A stretch of DNA of 64,000 bases from the human T2T-CHM13v2.0 reference genome, Homo sapiens. Below are positions 13,561-30,188 of the stretch, piece by piece. Positions within the stretch are counted from its first letter, which is position 1, and each line of letters starts with the position of its first letter. Both the position numbers and the translations under genes were made by a program. The stretch is from assembly GCF_009914755.1 (NCBI RefSeq), contig NC_060932.1; one strand, 5' to 3'. The notes beneath the pieces are model-generated. The model was not told the DNA's origin, searched no databases, and worked only from the letters and a program-made list of their open reading frames with translations.

Positions 13561-14061
13561 CAGCAGTCCACATAACTCTTCGACTGTTAGCCTTTCTGAT
13601 CATTGGAACAGCTGCAGCCAGCTAGTAACATACATGATTTCAAAGCAGAGAATCAAAACAGATAATAAAGAGGAGGGTCCATCCTTAAGAAGAATCCACA
13701 GTGGCCATATTCTCCTTGTGGTCATCAAAGGATTTCAGACTTGGAGTAAAACGCATGCTCCTTAAAATGACGGGTCTAAGGTTTCTATTTGTACAGGACT
13801 ATTTCTTCATGACAGAAGACTTTATTTTATGCTGCTTAAAATCCATGTATTAAATGCAACATGCAGGCCTATTTTGATTAAAGAAAAGTGTTATAGTGAG
13901 CATCGTAGTGTCTCTGTTTTACTTTGCAAAATGTGGAGACCATTTTCTCCAGGTGAAGAGTGCTATCTGCATGTGGATCTTTTTTTCATGACACTTTATT
14001 CACGCTTGAACCATCTGTCTTTTGATTTCATTTTTGCTTTGTTCTTTTCTTCAACTTCTAG

Positions 14062-14281
14062 GTAGAAAATCTGGTGTATTAACTGTGAAAATTTTAGAGC
14101 TGCATGAGGAATGTGCCATGCAAGTTGCCATGTGTGAGCAGTTATTGGGGTCACCAGCCACCAGCTCCTCCCAAAGTGTGGCTCCCAGGCCTGGAGCTGG
14201 CCTGAAAGTTCTCTTCACCAAGGAGACTGCAGGCTACCTCAGGGGCCGTCCCCAGGACACTGTCCGGATCTTCCCTCCCTG
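14062..14281 (+). CDS. SPIDR: Internal coding exon of SPIDR (scaffold protein involved in DNA repair, KIAA0146); probably exon 8
   Basis: Polypyrimidine tract and ttctag acceptor ending at 14061; donor G|gtgagt at 14282. The 220-nt exon reads (G)RKSGVLTVKILELHEECAMQVAMCEQLLGSPATSSSQSVAPRPGAGLKVLFTKETAGYLRGRPQDTVRIFPP(W), recognised as SPIDR. The exon number is recalled, not derivable from this window. Confidence 0.93.
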
Positions 14282-14959
14282 GTGAGTGCGCAGAACTTAA
14301 TCCAGCAGTCACCAACTGTGAGTCAGCCTCGTAAGAAAAGACATTTTTATCAGTTACATTTTTGTCACTTTATCATAGAGCAATGCGAGAGGAAGAGAGC
14401 CAGGATTGGACGTGGGTTTTCTGTCAGAGAAGCACTGGATTGTCTCTGATAGCTCATTTCTAGTTCTGTCAGCATATTTCTGATAATTTGGGGTGAGAGG
14501 GTTGAGGAAACAACCATATTAAGACTCTTGCCCAAGTGATGTGTTATAAGATCTGGCTGTTTTTGTTTTTATATTTCTTAGAAAAATAATTTTGTTAACA
14601 GGCATTATGTGACAGTAGGATAACACACATTAATTAAATATTTCTTAGTCACTTGGGAGGATAAAAAGCATGAATTAAGATATACTAGTGTTTGAATTGC
14701 AGGAGCAAAAATGGTCATTATTGGATCAGAAATTATTTTAAAGGATACTATGTGTGCTGTCTTTTGCAGTGGGATATTGATTTTTACCATGAATAGAAGA
14801 AAATCATACTACTTTTGAGGAAAAGTTTGAGCAGCCTTGTTTTAAGAGCTAATTATTAATTTTTTCGTAATTTTTTATAAGTTTTCATTTTGTATGTATG
14901 AGGAAGGGCTATAGGATAAATTTTTATAAATATTATTGCTGGATCAGTGCTTCTTTAAT

Positions 14960-15830
14960 TTTAGCAGACTTTGTCAAATGGCACCATTTTACGTTCCCAC
15001 TGGCAATGCCTGAAGTGCCTTTTTCTTCTCCTTTACAAACCTACTTTGTTGATCTAGACCAAGTTAAAAATTGGAAATATGATGTTTATCATTTTAATTC
15101 ATATTTCTCTTATATAAAATGGGCTTAGGCATTTTTCTACATGTTTTTAAGAACCACTTGAATTTCATTTTATGTCCATTGATAGCTTTTGACCTTTCTT
15201 CTCTTTGGTCACTTTGGTCCTGGTGATTTCTACCATCTTTTTATAAATGATTAAAAAAAAAAGTAGTGCCTTGTCAGTCATATACATTGCAGTTAGTTCG
15301 TTCCCCATTTACCATTTGACTTTTTACGTTTTTAGGGGGCAGGGGTTTGTTTTGTTGCTTTGTTTTTGATGAGCAGAACTTTTCTGTTTTTCTGTGGTTG
15401 ATTTTAGCCATCTTTTATAGCTTCTGGGTTTTGTATCATAGATAGAAAGGTTTTCCTTACTATGAGGTGTAAAAGTTATTCTATGTTTTATTCTAAGACT
15501 TTCATCGATTTAAAAATTTTTACATTTAAATCTTTTGACACTCCTGGAATTTATCTTTATGGGTAATATGTGAGGTAGTGAATGCAATTTTATTTTTTTC
15601 CAAATGGCCACGAGGAGTCCCAACATTATTTATTGAACATTCTGTTTTTTCTTCATACAATTTTAATGCTGCCTTTATCATGTACTAAATACCTACATAT
15701 ATTTTGGGCTATTTACTCTTTTAATGTAACTGTATTTGCACATGCTAGTATTATACTATTTCAGTTACTATAGTTTTATATGGTGTTTTAATAACTGCTA
15801 GGACTACTCACATCTCATTAAGCTTAATTT
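14960..15830 (-). mobile_element. Old L1M ORF2 3' fragment
   Basis: ccattttacgttcccact, catttttctacatgttt, gagtcccaacattatttattgaa; boundaries approximate. Confidence 0.55.
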
Positions 15831-16489
15831 TTAGAACTTTCCTCCTAATAATTGCTTCCTTTCTTTTTTACTTTAAATATTTGCCTTAAACATTTATTTT
15901 CAAGTATGCATTGTAAAAGTTAAAACAATTCAGAAATATATAACTTAGAAAGTGAATCCTCTTACCCTCACCTCTTCAATTAATCACACTCATTCTAGAT
16001 GACTGCTGTTAATAATTTGGAGTATAATCTTCCAGGATTTTTAAATTCTTAAATATTCAATTATGTATTTAACACATCCCAGTGACTATACACAATCTAT
16101 ATGTAAGTTATGTAATCCTGCCTATTTTTCTATAATAAGTTTAGGTTTAACTTACTAGATTAAAAACAGATTGATAGGTTTTTTAGGGTAGGTTAATCTC
16201 TGCATTCACGGAGTAGGGCTTTAAAGGTAGTGTCTGGCAGGGTTCTGATGTGATGCTCCCCTCTCCGTGTTCATGGAGTGCACAGCAGCACAGGACTTCT
16301 GTCAGCATCTCTTACCTTGAACCTGTCTTCCCTCCTTCAGAAATCTGTCCTCATTTGGATCTTCTTTGTTCACCCCTTAGTTTTACTCCCTTGTGGAATT
16401 TAGCTCTTTCATTAGTGTCTAAGTTCATTTGTGGTGGCAGAGTCTTTTATTGTTATTATTTTTTAAAAAACTCCTCCCTCCTCAGCTTT

Positions 16490-16635
16490 TTAAATTCTTT
16501 TTTTCTTTTTCTATTTTTTGTAGAGACAGAGTCTTGCTATGTTGCCTAGGCTGGTCTCAAACGCCTGGCCTCAAGCAGTCCTCCCACATTGGCCTCCCAA
16601 AGTTCTGGGATTATAGGCCTGAGCCACCAGGCCTG
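16490..16635 (-). mobile_element. FLAM / Alu left monomer
   Basis: tttttgtagagacagagtcttgctatgttgcctaggctgg...gagccacc. Confidence 0.88.
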
Positions 16636-17026
16636 TTCCCTTCTCAACTTCTCATTTTTTTGGCACACCTTTATATGTTTTAAAATGCATTTATTAAATG
16701 ACCTTGTTTTTTTAATATCTAAATATGATTATTTTTCTTCAGGGAAGATGTTTTAGAGGCTTTAAATGTAGGACATTTTCTTGGGCTTATGAGAAGTAAA
16801 ATTAGATCAAGATTATCTACAAAGATTTATATGACCAAGAATTTCTAAATCCCACTGACTCCTTAGACTTTACAAGTAAATGAGTTATTATCATTAGACT
16901 TTGGAATGTTTGTAGGTCTGGATCTTACCAAACAATCCCTGGGTGTTACTCTCCACAGGAATGCCTGTGGGCTGTCAAGAGATTATTTGCCTATATTCAG
17001 CATATAATGCTTAAGAAAATAGAAGA

Positions 17027-17455
<429 letters not shown>

Positions 17456-18199
17456 CTAGCACCCTTCTGTGTTCATTTAAACTGTTTTTTTTTTTTAACA
17501 TGGGCACAGTTTTTTAAAAGAATCAATAGACTTTAGATACTCCTGTTGGTCCTGTAGTAATAAATATGAGTTTAGGTACAATGGCTGCTTACCCCGAGGA
17601 GCTCAGAGCCCTCTGTAGATATTACCTGGTAAACTCTCATTGGATTCCAGTGAGGTGTAATGCAGCTTTGCCTCTGGCAATCTGAAAATAAAGATAGAAG
17701 TAAAATGTCTTGCCTCCAATTAATTGCATTATGAAATAGTCATAGAATTATATAAGTCACCAACTTACAAAAAAATGCATTAATCTATATAATTTCAGAC
17801 ATGTAAAAATAAAATAGTATAATGAATCTCATGTCCCATAGTTTCAACATTTATTAACTAATGAATAAACAGCTTTTACTACTCAAGCAAACTGAAAGCT
17901 TTATAATGATTCCAAAGAAACATCTCACCACTTGAACACAGATATACTAGAAAAAACAAATGAAGGAATTTACTTTAATGATACTGGGGAGAGAGGAAGG
18001 TAGAAACCATCTGCCTGATTACATCCTGCCATGAAATCTAACTCCAGAATGAGGGCAGGTGAGAGGTTAAGTGTGTGAGAGTGTATCCAGAGACAACCAG
18101 GACACCTCTCATTCATTCAGAAGTATTTATTGGTATCCCCTGTGCCAGATACTTTGCTTCTCCTCAGAATACACATCCCAGTATGCTGGAAGAGCGAAG

Positions 18200-18780
18200 T
18201 CTGACTTTCCCTATTGTCATGAGTATACCCTTCCATCGGTCCATTCATATCGTCATCTTTTTAGTCACTACTTAGTATTCCACTATATGGACATGTGGTA
18301 ATTTAAACATCCTCTTATTTAGAATTGTTAAGGTTGCTTTCTATTTTTAGCTGTTTTAAACACTGCTTGGGTGAAATATTTATCATTATACCTCCCTTCT
18401 GATTTGGTTCTTAGACTATTTCTAGAAGTAGAAATTATTGGTCATAGAATACCAGTGGGTTTTGAGCCTTTTGATATATGATTTCCATAGTAACCTGTAA
18501 AGGTTGAAGCTGTCTCAGCTGCTGCCAGTTTCTCATCACACCACACTCAACATTTTTTATGGCTGCACAGTGTGATATAGTTTTTAAAACACTTTCCATA
18601 TTCTCAGGATGTGGTACATATTGGTTCTTTTACTATCATAAACAGCTATGTAGTAGATATTGTTATATATGTAGTTTGGTATGTACTTCAGATATTGTTT
18701 CAAAGTCGCTTTTAGGAACTGTTTTAGTATAGTAAAGGGTATGTGTTTCGTTTTTGCTGTTGCTGCTTTGACTCCTTGAT
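18200..18780 (-). mobile_element. Old L1M fragments
   Basis: ggttgctttctatttttagctg, tctagaagtagaaattattggtcatag, ttttatggctgcacagt. Confidence 0.5.
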
Positions 18781-20320
18781 ATTGTTAAGTCATCTGTAAA
18801 CCTCATAGTAGAGTCTCTGCAGCTGGTCACATCGAATATAGCCCACCTTATTTTACTATGCTTTTTTGCTTGTATAGCACTAAACACATGTTGCACTTTT
18901 TACAAATTGAAGGTTTGTCAACCCTGAATCCAACAAGTCTACCAGTGCCATTTTTCTAACAGCATGTGCTCACCTGTCTCTATATCACATTTGAATAATT
19001 ATCCCAGTATTTCAGAGTTTTCATAATTATTATCTATTATGGTGATCCGTGATAAGTGATCTTTGATATCACTGTTGTAATTATTTCGAGATGCCATGAA
19101 CCGTGGCCATATAGGATGGCAAACTTAATTGATAAATACTGTGTGTGCTCTAACTGCTCCATTGACCGGATGTTCCCCCATCTTACTTTCTCTCCTCAGA
19201 CCTCCCTATTCCATGAGACACAACAGTATTGAAATCTGGCCAATTAATCGCCCTAATATGCCCTCTAAGTGTTCACATGAAAGGAAGAATTGCACATCTT
19301 TTACTTTAAACCAAAAGCTAGAAATGATTAAGCTTAGTGAGGAAAGCATGTCAAAAGGCAAGGTAGGCTAAAAGCTAGGCCTCTTGTGCCAGTTAGGCTT
19401 CTTGTGCCAGTTAGACAAGTTATGAATGAAAAGGAAAAGTTCTTGAAGGAAATAAAAAGTGCTATTCCAGTGAGCACACAAATATTGAGAAAGCAAAGCT
19501 GCCTTATTGCTAATATGGAGAAAGTTTGAGTTGTCTGGATAGGAGCTCAAACAAGCCATGACATTCCCTTAAACCAAGCCTAATCCAGAGCGAAACCCTA
19601 ACCTTCTACAATTCTTTGAAGTCTGAGAGAGGTGAGGAAGCTTCAGAAGAAAAATTTGAAGCTAGCAGAAGTTGATTCATGAGATTTAAGAAACTCCCCC
19701 ATAACATAAAATTACAAGATGAAGTAGCAAGTGCTGACAGAGAAACTGCAGCAAATTATCCAGAAGATATAGCTAAGATCATTAATGAAGGTGGCTACAC
19801 TAAACAACAGATTTTCAGTGTAGGTGAAACAGCCTTATATTTGAAGAAGATATCACCTAGGACTTTCATAGCTGGCGAGGAAAAGTCAATGCCTGGCTTC
19901 AAAGCTTCCAAGGACAGGCTGACTCTTTTATTAAGGTCTAATACAGCTGGTGACTTTAAATTGAATCCAGTGTTCATTTACCATTTTGAAAATTCTAGGG
20001 TCTTTAAGAATTATGCTAAATCTACTCGCTTGTGCTCTATAAATGGAACAATAAAACCTGGATAACAGCACATCTGTTTACAGAATGGCTTAGTGAATAC
20101 TTTAAGCCAAACTTTTGAGACCTACTACTGAGAAAAAAAATTTTCTTTTAAAATACTACCCCTCATTGACAATGCACCTAGTCAGCCAAGAGCTCTAGAT
20201 GTACAAGGAGATGAACGTTGTTTTCATGACTGCTAACACAACATCCATTCTGTAACCTGTGGATCAAGGGGTAATTTTGACTTTTCAAGTCTTGCTTTTA
20301 ACTGCCATAGATAATGATTC

Positions 20321-20623
<303 letters not shown>

Positions 20624-20928
20624 ACCTTTCAAGGGTCTGGGCAAAGTAAACTGAAAACCTTCCTGAAAGGACTCACCATTCTACCTCCCATTAAGAACAT
20701 TCATGATTCATGGGAGGAGGTCAAAATATCAACATTATCAGGAGTATGGAAAGAGTTGATTCCAACCCTCTTCAGTGACTTCAGGGGTTTAAAACTTCAG
20801 TGGAGGAAATAACTGCACATGCGGTGGAAAAAGCAAGAGAACTCAAATTAGAAGTAAAGCCTGAAGATGGGACTGAATTGCTAAAATCTCCTAACTTTAA
20901 TGGATGAGGAGTTGGTTCTTATGAATGA

Positions 20929-21252
<324 letters not shown>

Positions 21253-21964
21253 AGAAACGGGTTTCTTTAGATGGAATATAATCCTGGTGAAGATGCTGTG
21301 AACATTGTTGAGAGGACAACAAAGAATTTAGAGTATTCCATAAACTTGATTGATAAAGCAGCATCAGGTTTGAGAGGATTTACTGCAATTCTGAAAGAAG
21401 TTCCAGTAATGCCATCAAACAGTATCTCATGCTACAGAGAAATCTTTCTAGAAAGGAAGAGTCAGTTGATGCAGCAAACTTTATTGTTCTCTAAGAAATT
21501 GCCACAGCCACTCCAGCCTTCACACACCACCACCCCAATCAGTCAGTAGCAATCACCATCAAGGCAAGACCCTCTCTCAGCAAAAAGATTATGACTTACT
21601 GAAGGCTGCATTTTTTACCAATAAAGTGTTTTTGACTAAGGTATGCACTTTTTTTAGATACAATGCTGTTGCACACCTTATAGGCTATAATATAGTGTAA
21701 ACATAACTTTTATATGCAATGGGAAACAAAAATTCATGTGACTTGCTTTATTGTGATAATAACTTTATTGGAGTGGTCTGCAGCTATACTTCCAGTATCT
21801 CCAAGATATGACTGTACTTTTTCTTGTATTTATTTACTGGTGACAGCTTTTCTTTTTATAGTTATATCACTTAGAATAATAATTTTGTTATTTCCTTCCC
21901 AATACTCATGCTTCTTTATCTGCTTAATGTCTTATTGCTTTGGCTAAAACATTCAATTCAAAAA

Positions 21965-23030
21965 TTTTTTTACTACTGTATTCCCGTTGCCTAGAATAAT
22001 GCTTGAAACATAGTAGGCACTCAGTAACTATATGATTAATATTGTATTAAATCATCATGAAGATGTTGTCAGCCTTGTTTATCCTCCCTAATTGAATGAG
22101 ACTTTGTTGATTTGTACATTCATTTAAAAAGATTTACTGAATGTTTACTTACTTACTCTTTAATAAGCCTTGTACTAGAATTCCTGGGAATACAACATTC
22201 AACATGAATGTCAAATTGTTTCTGCCCTTAAGGAGCTCACAGTGTGGTGGAAGAGAAAAGTAATATAAACAAGTTATAAAAGACCACTGTAGGCGTAGTA
22301 ATAGATATCTGTACAGAGGTTGCAAGAGGATTGAGGAGGTAAGCACAGCCAGTAGGTAGGTCAGTAGGGTGGGTGGTTATGTATGTGAGAGTATGTGTGT
22401 GTACCTGTGTTTATGTGTGTGTGTGTGCTTGGGGAGACTACAGACCGAGAGATAGGGTGTCAGGGGTAGCTTCCTGAAGTTGGTGATGCCCTATCTGAGC
22501 TAAAAGGGCTATGTTAGAAAGAAGCAGGGGAGGGACTATGAGGGCATTTGGAGTAGAGGAGACCACATGAGTAAAGACCAAAAAGTCAGAATGGCCTAGT
22601 GTAAGACGTATGCAGGGGTATATGTAGTGCTTTGTGTACGAAGTAGAAATTCCAAGGCAGTAGCAGCAGAAAGTGAATCTGGAGAACCTCCCTGTGTGCA
22701 GTGTTAACAAGCTGAGATTTACAGGAGAGACATTATGATCTGATTCACCCTTTAAAGTCTGTGGAGGATGACTGGGGGTGGAAGGGCAGAATAAATGCAT
22801 CTCGGAGGCTGTGGGAGTAGCTCAAGTGTGGAAAAAGGTGGTGCTTTGGACTATGATGGTGAATAGTGGATTTGGAATATATTTTGGAGTTAGAGGCAAC
22901 AGGGTTTGCTGATGGGTTTGATGTGGTATTTAAGTAAAGATAGGAAACAAGGAAGACAACTAAGTCTTTGGCTTGAGCAAACAAGTGAATGATCATGCCA
23001 TGTACTGAAATGGGAGACTTGGGATTGATT
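21965..23030. mobile_element. L2 fragments (3' end on + about 21965-22030; longer copy on - about 22115-23030)
   Basis: tgcctagaataatgcttgaaacatagtaggcactcagtaa; cattcatttaaaaagatttactgaatg...gatttggaatatattttggag...tggcttgagcaa. Confidence 0.7.
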
Positions 23031-23553
23031 TGTGGGGCCCAGTCAATGGTAGTTTTTTGGTGTCAGCAGTAATTAGAGCCTAGAGTAAAAACACAAGAGA
23101 GGTTATGATTCCAAAAGAGAAACTCTGTCAGCTCGTCTGGGTTTTTAGTATAACCCATGTGTGGTAATTGGTAGAGGACAGAGGTGGAGCCCATGGGCCT
23201 ATTCACAACTGCTTTGGTTCCTGTTTTATATTTGCCACATGAGATTCTTTGAAATAAATAAATTGCTGGCTCCTATTGAAGAGACCAAAGCAGTACTAAC
23301 GATGAAAACTTTGTTTACTGGGTGAGATTATCTTCTGTTGGGACAACAAGGAATTTAGTCTTTTCCGTCAAAATTACAGGGTGTCTTGAGAGGAAATAAC
23401 TAGGAAAGAAAATTAATGCAGTATGAAAAGGGAAAAGATATAGACTATGAGGATAATCTGGATAATCTGAAAAACTGGAAGGAAGATAAGGAAGGCAGTC
23501 ATTTATTCTACATGAGGAGGAAGTGAAGTTAGATGACGCTTTTCAATGGGGTG

Positions 23554-24230
23554 TATCTTAGTCTGTTTTGTGATGCTATAACAGAAAACCTGAGACTGCA
23601 TAATTTATAAGCAATAGAAATTTGTCAGCCCAGTGCAGTGAATTATGTCTATAATGCCAACACTTTGGGAGGCCGAGGCAGGCAGTGGATTGCTTGAGTC
23701 CAGGAGTTCGTGAGCAGCCTGGGCAAACCCCATCTCTACAAAAAATACAAAAATTAGCCAGGCACGATGGTGCATGCATGTAGTCCCAGCTCCTTGGGAG
23801 GCTGAGGTGGGAGAATCACCTGAGCCCAAGGAGGTCAAGGCTGCATTGAGCCATGATCCCACTACTGCACTTCAGCCTGGGTAACAGAGTAAGACTCTGT
23901 CTCAAAAAAAGAAAAAAATTCATTTGTCTTATGGTTCTAGAAGCTGGGAAGTCCAAGAGCATAGCACCACTATTTGTTGAGGGCCTTCGTTTTTCATCTT
24001 CCCATGGCAGAAGGTGAAAGGGCAAGAGAGCACAAAAGCAAGAGGGAGCCAAACTTGCTTTTATAGCAAGGCCATTCTTGTGATAGCTAGCCCACTCCTA
24101 TGGTAATGACATAAATCCATTCAGGAAGGTAGCACCCTCATAATTTATTAGGTCCCACCTCCCAATACTGCTGCATTGGAAATTAGGTTTCCAATGCATG
24201 AACTTCAGGAAACACATTCAGACTATAGCA
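23554..24230 (-). mobile_element. MaLR solo LTR (MSTC/D-like) interrupted by an Alu
   Basis: tatcttagtc...cacattcagactatagca with perfect 5-bp TSD gggtg (23549-23553, 24231-24235). Confidence 0.85.
23627..23918 (+). mobile_element. AluJ
   Basis: Dimer with J-type gaggtcaaggctgca; A tail. Confidence 0.92.
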
Positions 24231-24249
24231 GGGTGTTCATAGAAATATG

Positions 24250-24420
24250 ATTAAAGTGTTTTGTGCTCAAATAAGTTTGGAAAAGGCTCCTCAAATGTGT
24301 ACCAGTTGTTGTATTGTAGGACTGCTCAGAGTCTCTCATATGCAAATGTATATTGTTGTTTCCAGTAGAGGGAAGCAGAAATGGCAACATTTGAACAAAA
24401 TATTAGCAAACAAATTACCA
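24250..24420. mobile_element. Possible hAT-Charlie-type non-autonomous DNA transposon fragment
   Basis: aaataagtttggaaa...aggactgctcagagtctctcatatgcaaatgtatattg resembles a recalled MER-type motif; family uncertain. Confidence 0.4.
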
Positions 24421-25037
24421 TGCTCTTCCTAATCTAAGATACTGAGTAAAGAGAGCAACTGAGAAGAGTGATGTCATGAAAATGGTGTAGAGTAGGAAGT
24501 TCCAGAAATCCATCCCTCTATCGAAATAACTACCAACCTGGAAGGAACCACATGAAGTGCCTGTTGTGGAATTCTACAGTCCAGTTGAACACTTACAGCA
24601 AATATTAAAGTATAATTTGGAAAAATCACAGATGGACAATTCCAGTCTTCAGCAGGTAAGATTCTGCGATCCCTGAGGAGTGGGATAATTAGATTCCCAG
24701 AGTTTTTATAAAGTACTACTCAAATGTCCAATTCTCAACAAAAAATTACAAAACACACAAACAGGAAAATATGGCCCAATACAGGAAAAACATAATTTTA
24801 CATAGCCATCCTTGAGGAAATTGAGATATTGGAATTATTAGTCAAAAATGTGAAATCAGTTGTCTTAAATATGTTCAAGGAGTTAAAGGGAACCCATAGA
24901 TAAATAACTAAGGGAAATCAGGAAAATGGTATCAAAACAAAATGAAAATATCAGTAAAGATACTGAAATTATTTAAAAACCAAAGAGAAATTCTGGAGCT
25001 GAAAGTACAATAATTTAAATTTCAAAAACACACTAGA

Positions 25038-25345
<308 letters not shown>

Positions 25346-26066
25346 CTAGAAAGATTCCACAGAAGATTTGAGGAGGCAGAACACAGGCTCATTGAACTTG
25401 AAGAAAAGAAAATTGAACTCCTTCTGTCTGAGAAGCAGAATGAAAAAAATGAACAGAGCCCGAAGCACCTGTGGGACACTATCAAATGTAGAACCCTGTG
25501 TATTATAGGAGTACCAGAAGGAGAAGAGAAGAGAGGGAGGAAACACCAGAAAAAATATTTGAAGAATAATGGCTGAGGAACAATGTCTGCCAGCTTTTGT
25601 GCCAGCCCCTCAGTGATCAAGCGCAGCAATTAGCAATCAAAACACATAATCAGCCCTGGTCCCAGCAATCTGAACCAGGATTGTGGAGCTAGGGAATGTG
25701 GCATGGTAATTGCTACCACTTGAAAGGCTAATTTGAAATTCTTGAAGAATAACATAACTCCTCAAATTTGATGAAAATCTTTAATGTACATACCCAAGAA
25801 GGCCAATGTACTTCAAGCATAATAAAGTCAAAGAGGTCCACACCAAGGCACATAGTAGTGAAGTTGATGAAACCCAAAGACAAAGATGGTGTATTGAAAG
25901 CAGCAAGAGAGAGGCAACTTGCTACGTATAAGGGATCCTCAATAATATTAACAGCTTATTTCTTATCAGAAACTGTGAGGTCCAAAATCGATCAATCAAT
26001 GAGAAAACGAAACAAGCAAAAAAAAGAAACTATGGGGGCCAGAAAGCACTGGGATGATGTATTTAA

Positions 26067-28384
<2,318 letters not shown>

Positions 28385-28455
28385 AAAGACCTGAAAGAAA
28401 CTGTCAACCAAGATTGTATATCTGAAAACAATATCTTTAAGAATAAAGGAGATGA

Positions 28456-28640
28456 AGCTGGGCATGGTGGCTTGCATCTATAGCCTCAATGACTTGGGAG
28501 ACTGAGGGAGGAAGATTGCTGGAACCCAGGAACTTGAGGCTACAGTGTGCTATGAGCATGTGTGTGAACAGCCACTGCATTCCCTCCAGCCCAGACAACA
28601 CATCAAACTGCTGTCTCAAAAAAAAATAATAATAATAAAT
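28456..28640 (+). mobile_element. FAM (fossil Alu monomer)
   Basis: Monomer containing gtgaacagccactgca; TSD taagaataaaggaga. Confidence 0.8.
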
Positions 28641-29841
28641 AAGAATAAAGGAGAAATTAACACATTTCCAAATATTATAAAACCCTAAGTAGTTCATTAC
28701 TGATAGACAAAAAATGCTACAGCAAGTCCTTCAGGCTGAAAGGAAGAAATACTAAACAGCAATTTGAAGCCAAAAGAAAAAAATAAAGAGTATTGGTCAA
28801 GGTAGTTGCATAGGTAAATGTAAAAGCCAATGTTACTGTGCTTTTGGTATTGTTTGTTATTTCTCTTTTTCCTATATAATTTTATGGGCAAGTGCATTTA
28901 ATAATACTTACAAATCTATATTAGGATGCATATAACGTATAAAGATATAGTCTGTGACAATCAGAATAAAAAGGGAGGGGGTAGAGATGTAGAGGAGCAG
29001 AGTGCTTGTAGACCATTGAAACTTAGTTAGTATTATTCAAAGGATGTTGTTATTTAAGATATTGATTGTAATTTCCCAGAAAATTATTAAGAAAATAACT
29101 AATATAGAGAATGGGAGAAAAGAAGCAAATTAAAATGAAACACACACACAGACACACAAAAAAAACAGAAAAATATCTAGTAATGAAGTAATTGAAAAGC
29201 AAAAAGTATGTAAGGCATAAGAAAAAAGTGTATAAGGCATAAGGAAAAAGTGAATTTCTTCTCTATTGATAATCATGTAAATGAATGAAATGCAGTTCTT
29301 AAAAGGTAGCAATTGGTAGAAAAGATAAAACAAAACAAGAATCCACCTATAAGCCATCTACAAGAGAATCAAATTAAACATAAGGATACAAAATGGTTGA
29401 TAGCGAAAGAATGAAAATGCTAAAAAAGAACAGGGGTGACTATATTATTATCAGACAAAATTGACTTGTTAAATCTAAAAAAGTTTACAAGGGATGCAGA
29501 GGACATTATAAATTGATAAAAGGTTTAACACAGCAAAAACATAAAATAATTTTAAATATATACACACTTAACAAAGGAGCCCCAAAATATATGAAGTAAA
29601 AATGGACAGAATTGAAAGGAGAAATAGATCTACGTTAATTGTTGAAGACTTTAATACCCACTTTCAATAATGGACAGAACAAACATGCAGGAGAGCCGTA
29701 AGGAAATAAAGGATTCAACAGCTGTATAAACCAATTAGACCTAACATGTGTAAAACATTCCATTCAAAAATATAATACCCATTCTTGAGTGCACGCATTA
29801 CATTGTCTGGGTTAGACCATATGTTAAGCCACAAAACAAAG

Positions 29842-30188
29842 TGTTATGAATTGAATTTTGTTCCCCTGCAATTTATATGCTACAGTCCTAACTCCCATTA
29901 CACCTCAGGCTATATGGAGATAGAGCCTTTAAAGAGGTAATTAAGGTTAGAGTGGGTCCTAATTTAATATGACTGGTGTGCTTATAACAAGGAGATGTAT
30001 GCACCTAGAGAAAGTGCCATGTGGGGACACAGTGAGAGAGACAAGCCAAGGAGAGAGGCCTCAGAATAAACCAGGCCTACTTAACATCTTGATCTTGTAC
30101 CTCCAGCATCCAGAAATGTGAGACAATACATTTTGGCTAAGTCACTCAGACTGATATTTTGTTACGATAGCTCTAGCAAACTAATACA
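29842..30188 (+). mobile_element. MaLR solo LTR (MLT1B-like)
   Basis: tgttatgaattgaattttgttcccc...ctagcaaactaataca. Confidence 0.85.

Noticed and set aside
14022-14285. 87-aa ORF as a standalone gene
   Set aside because: The N-terminus is the polypyrimidine tract and the stop lies in the donor site; only 14062-14281 is exon.
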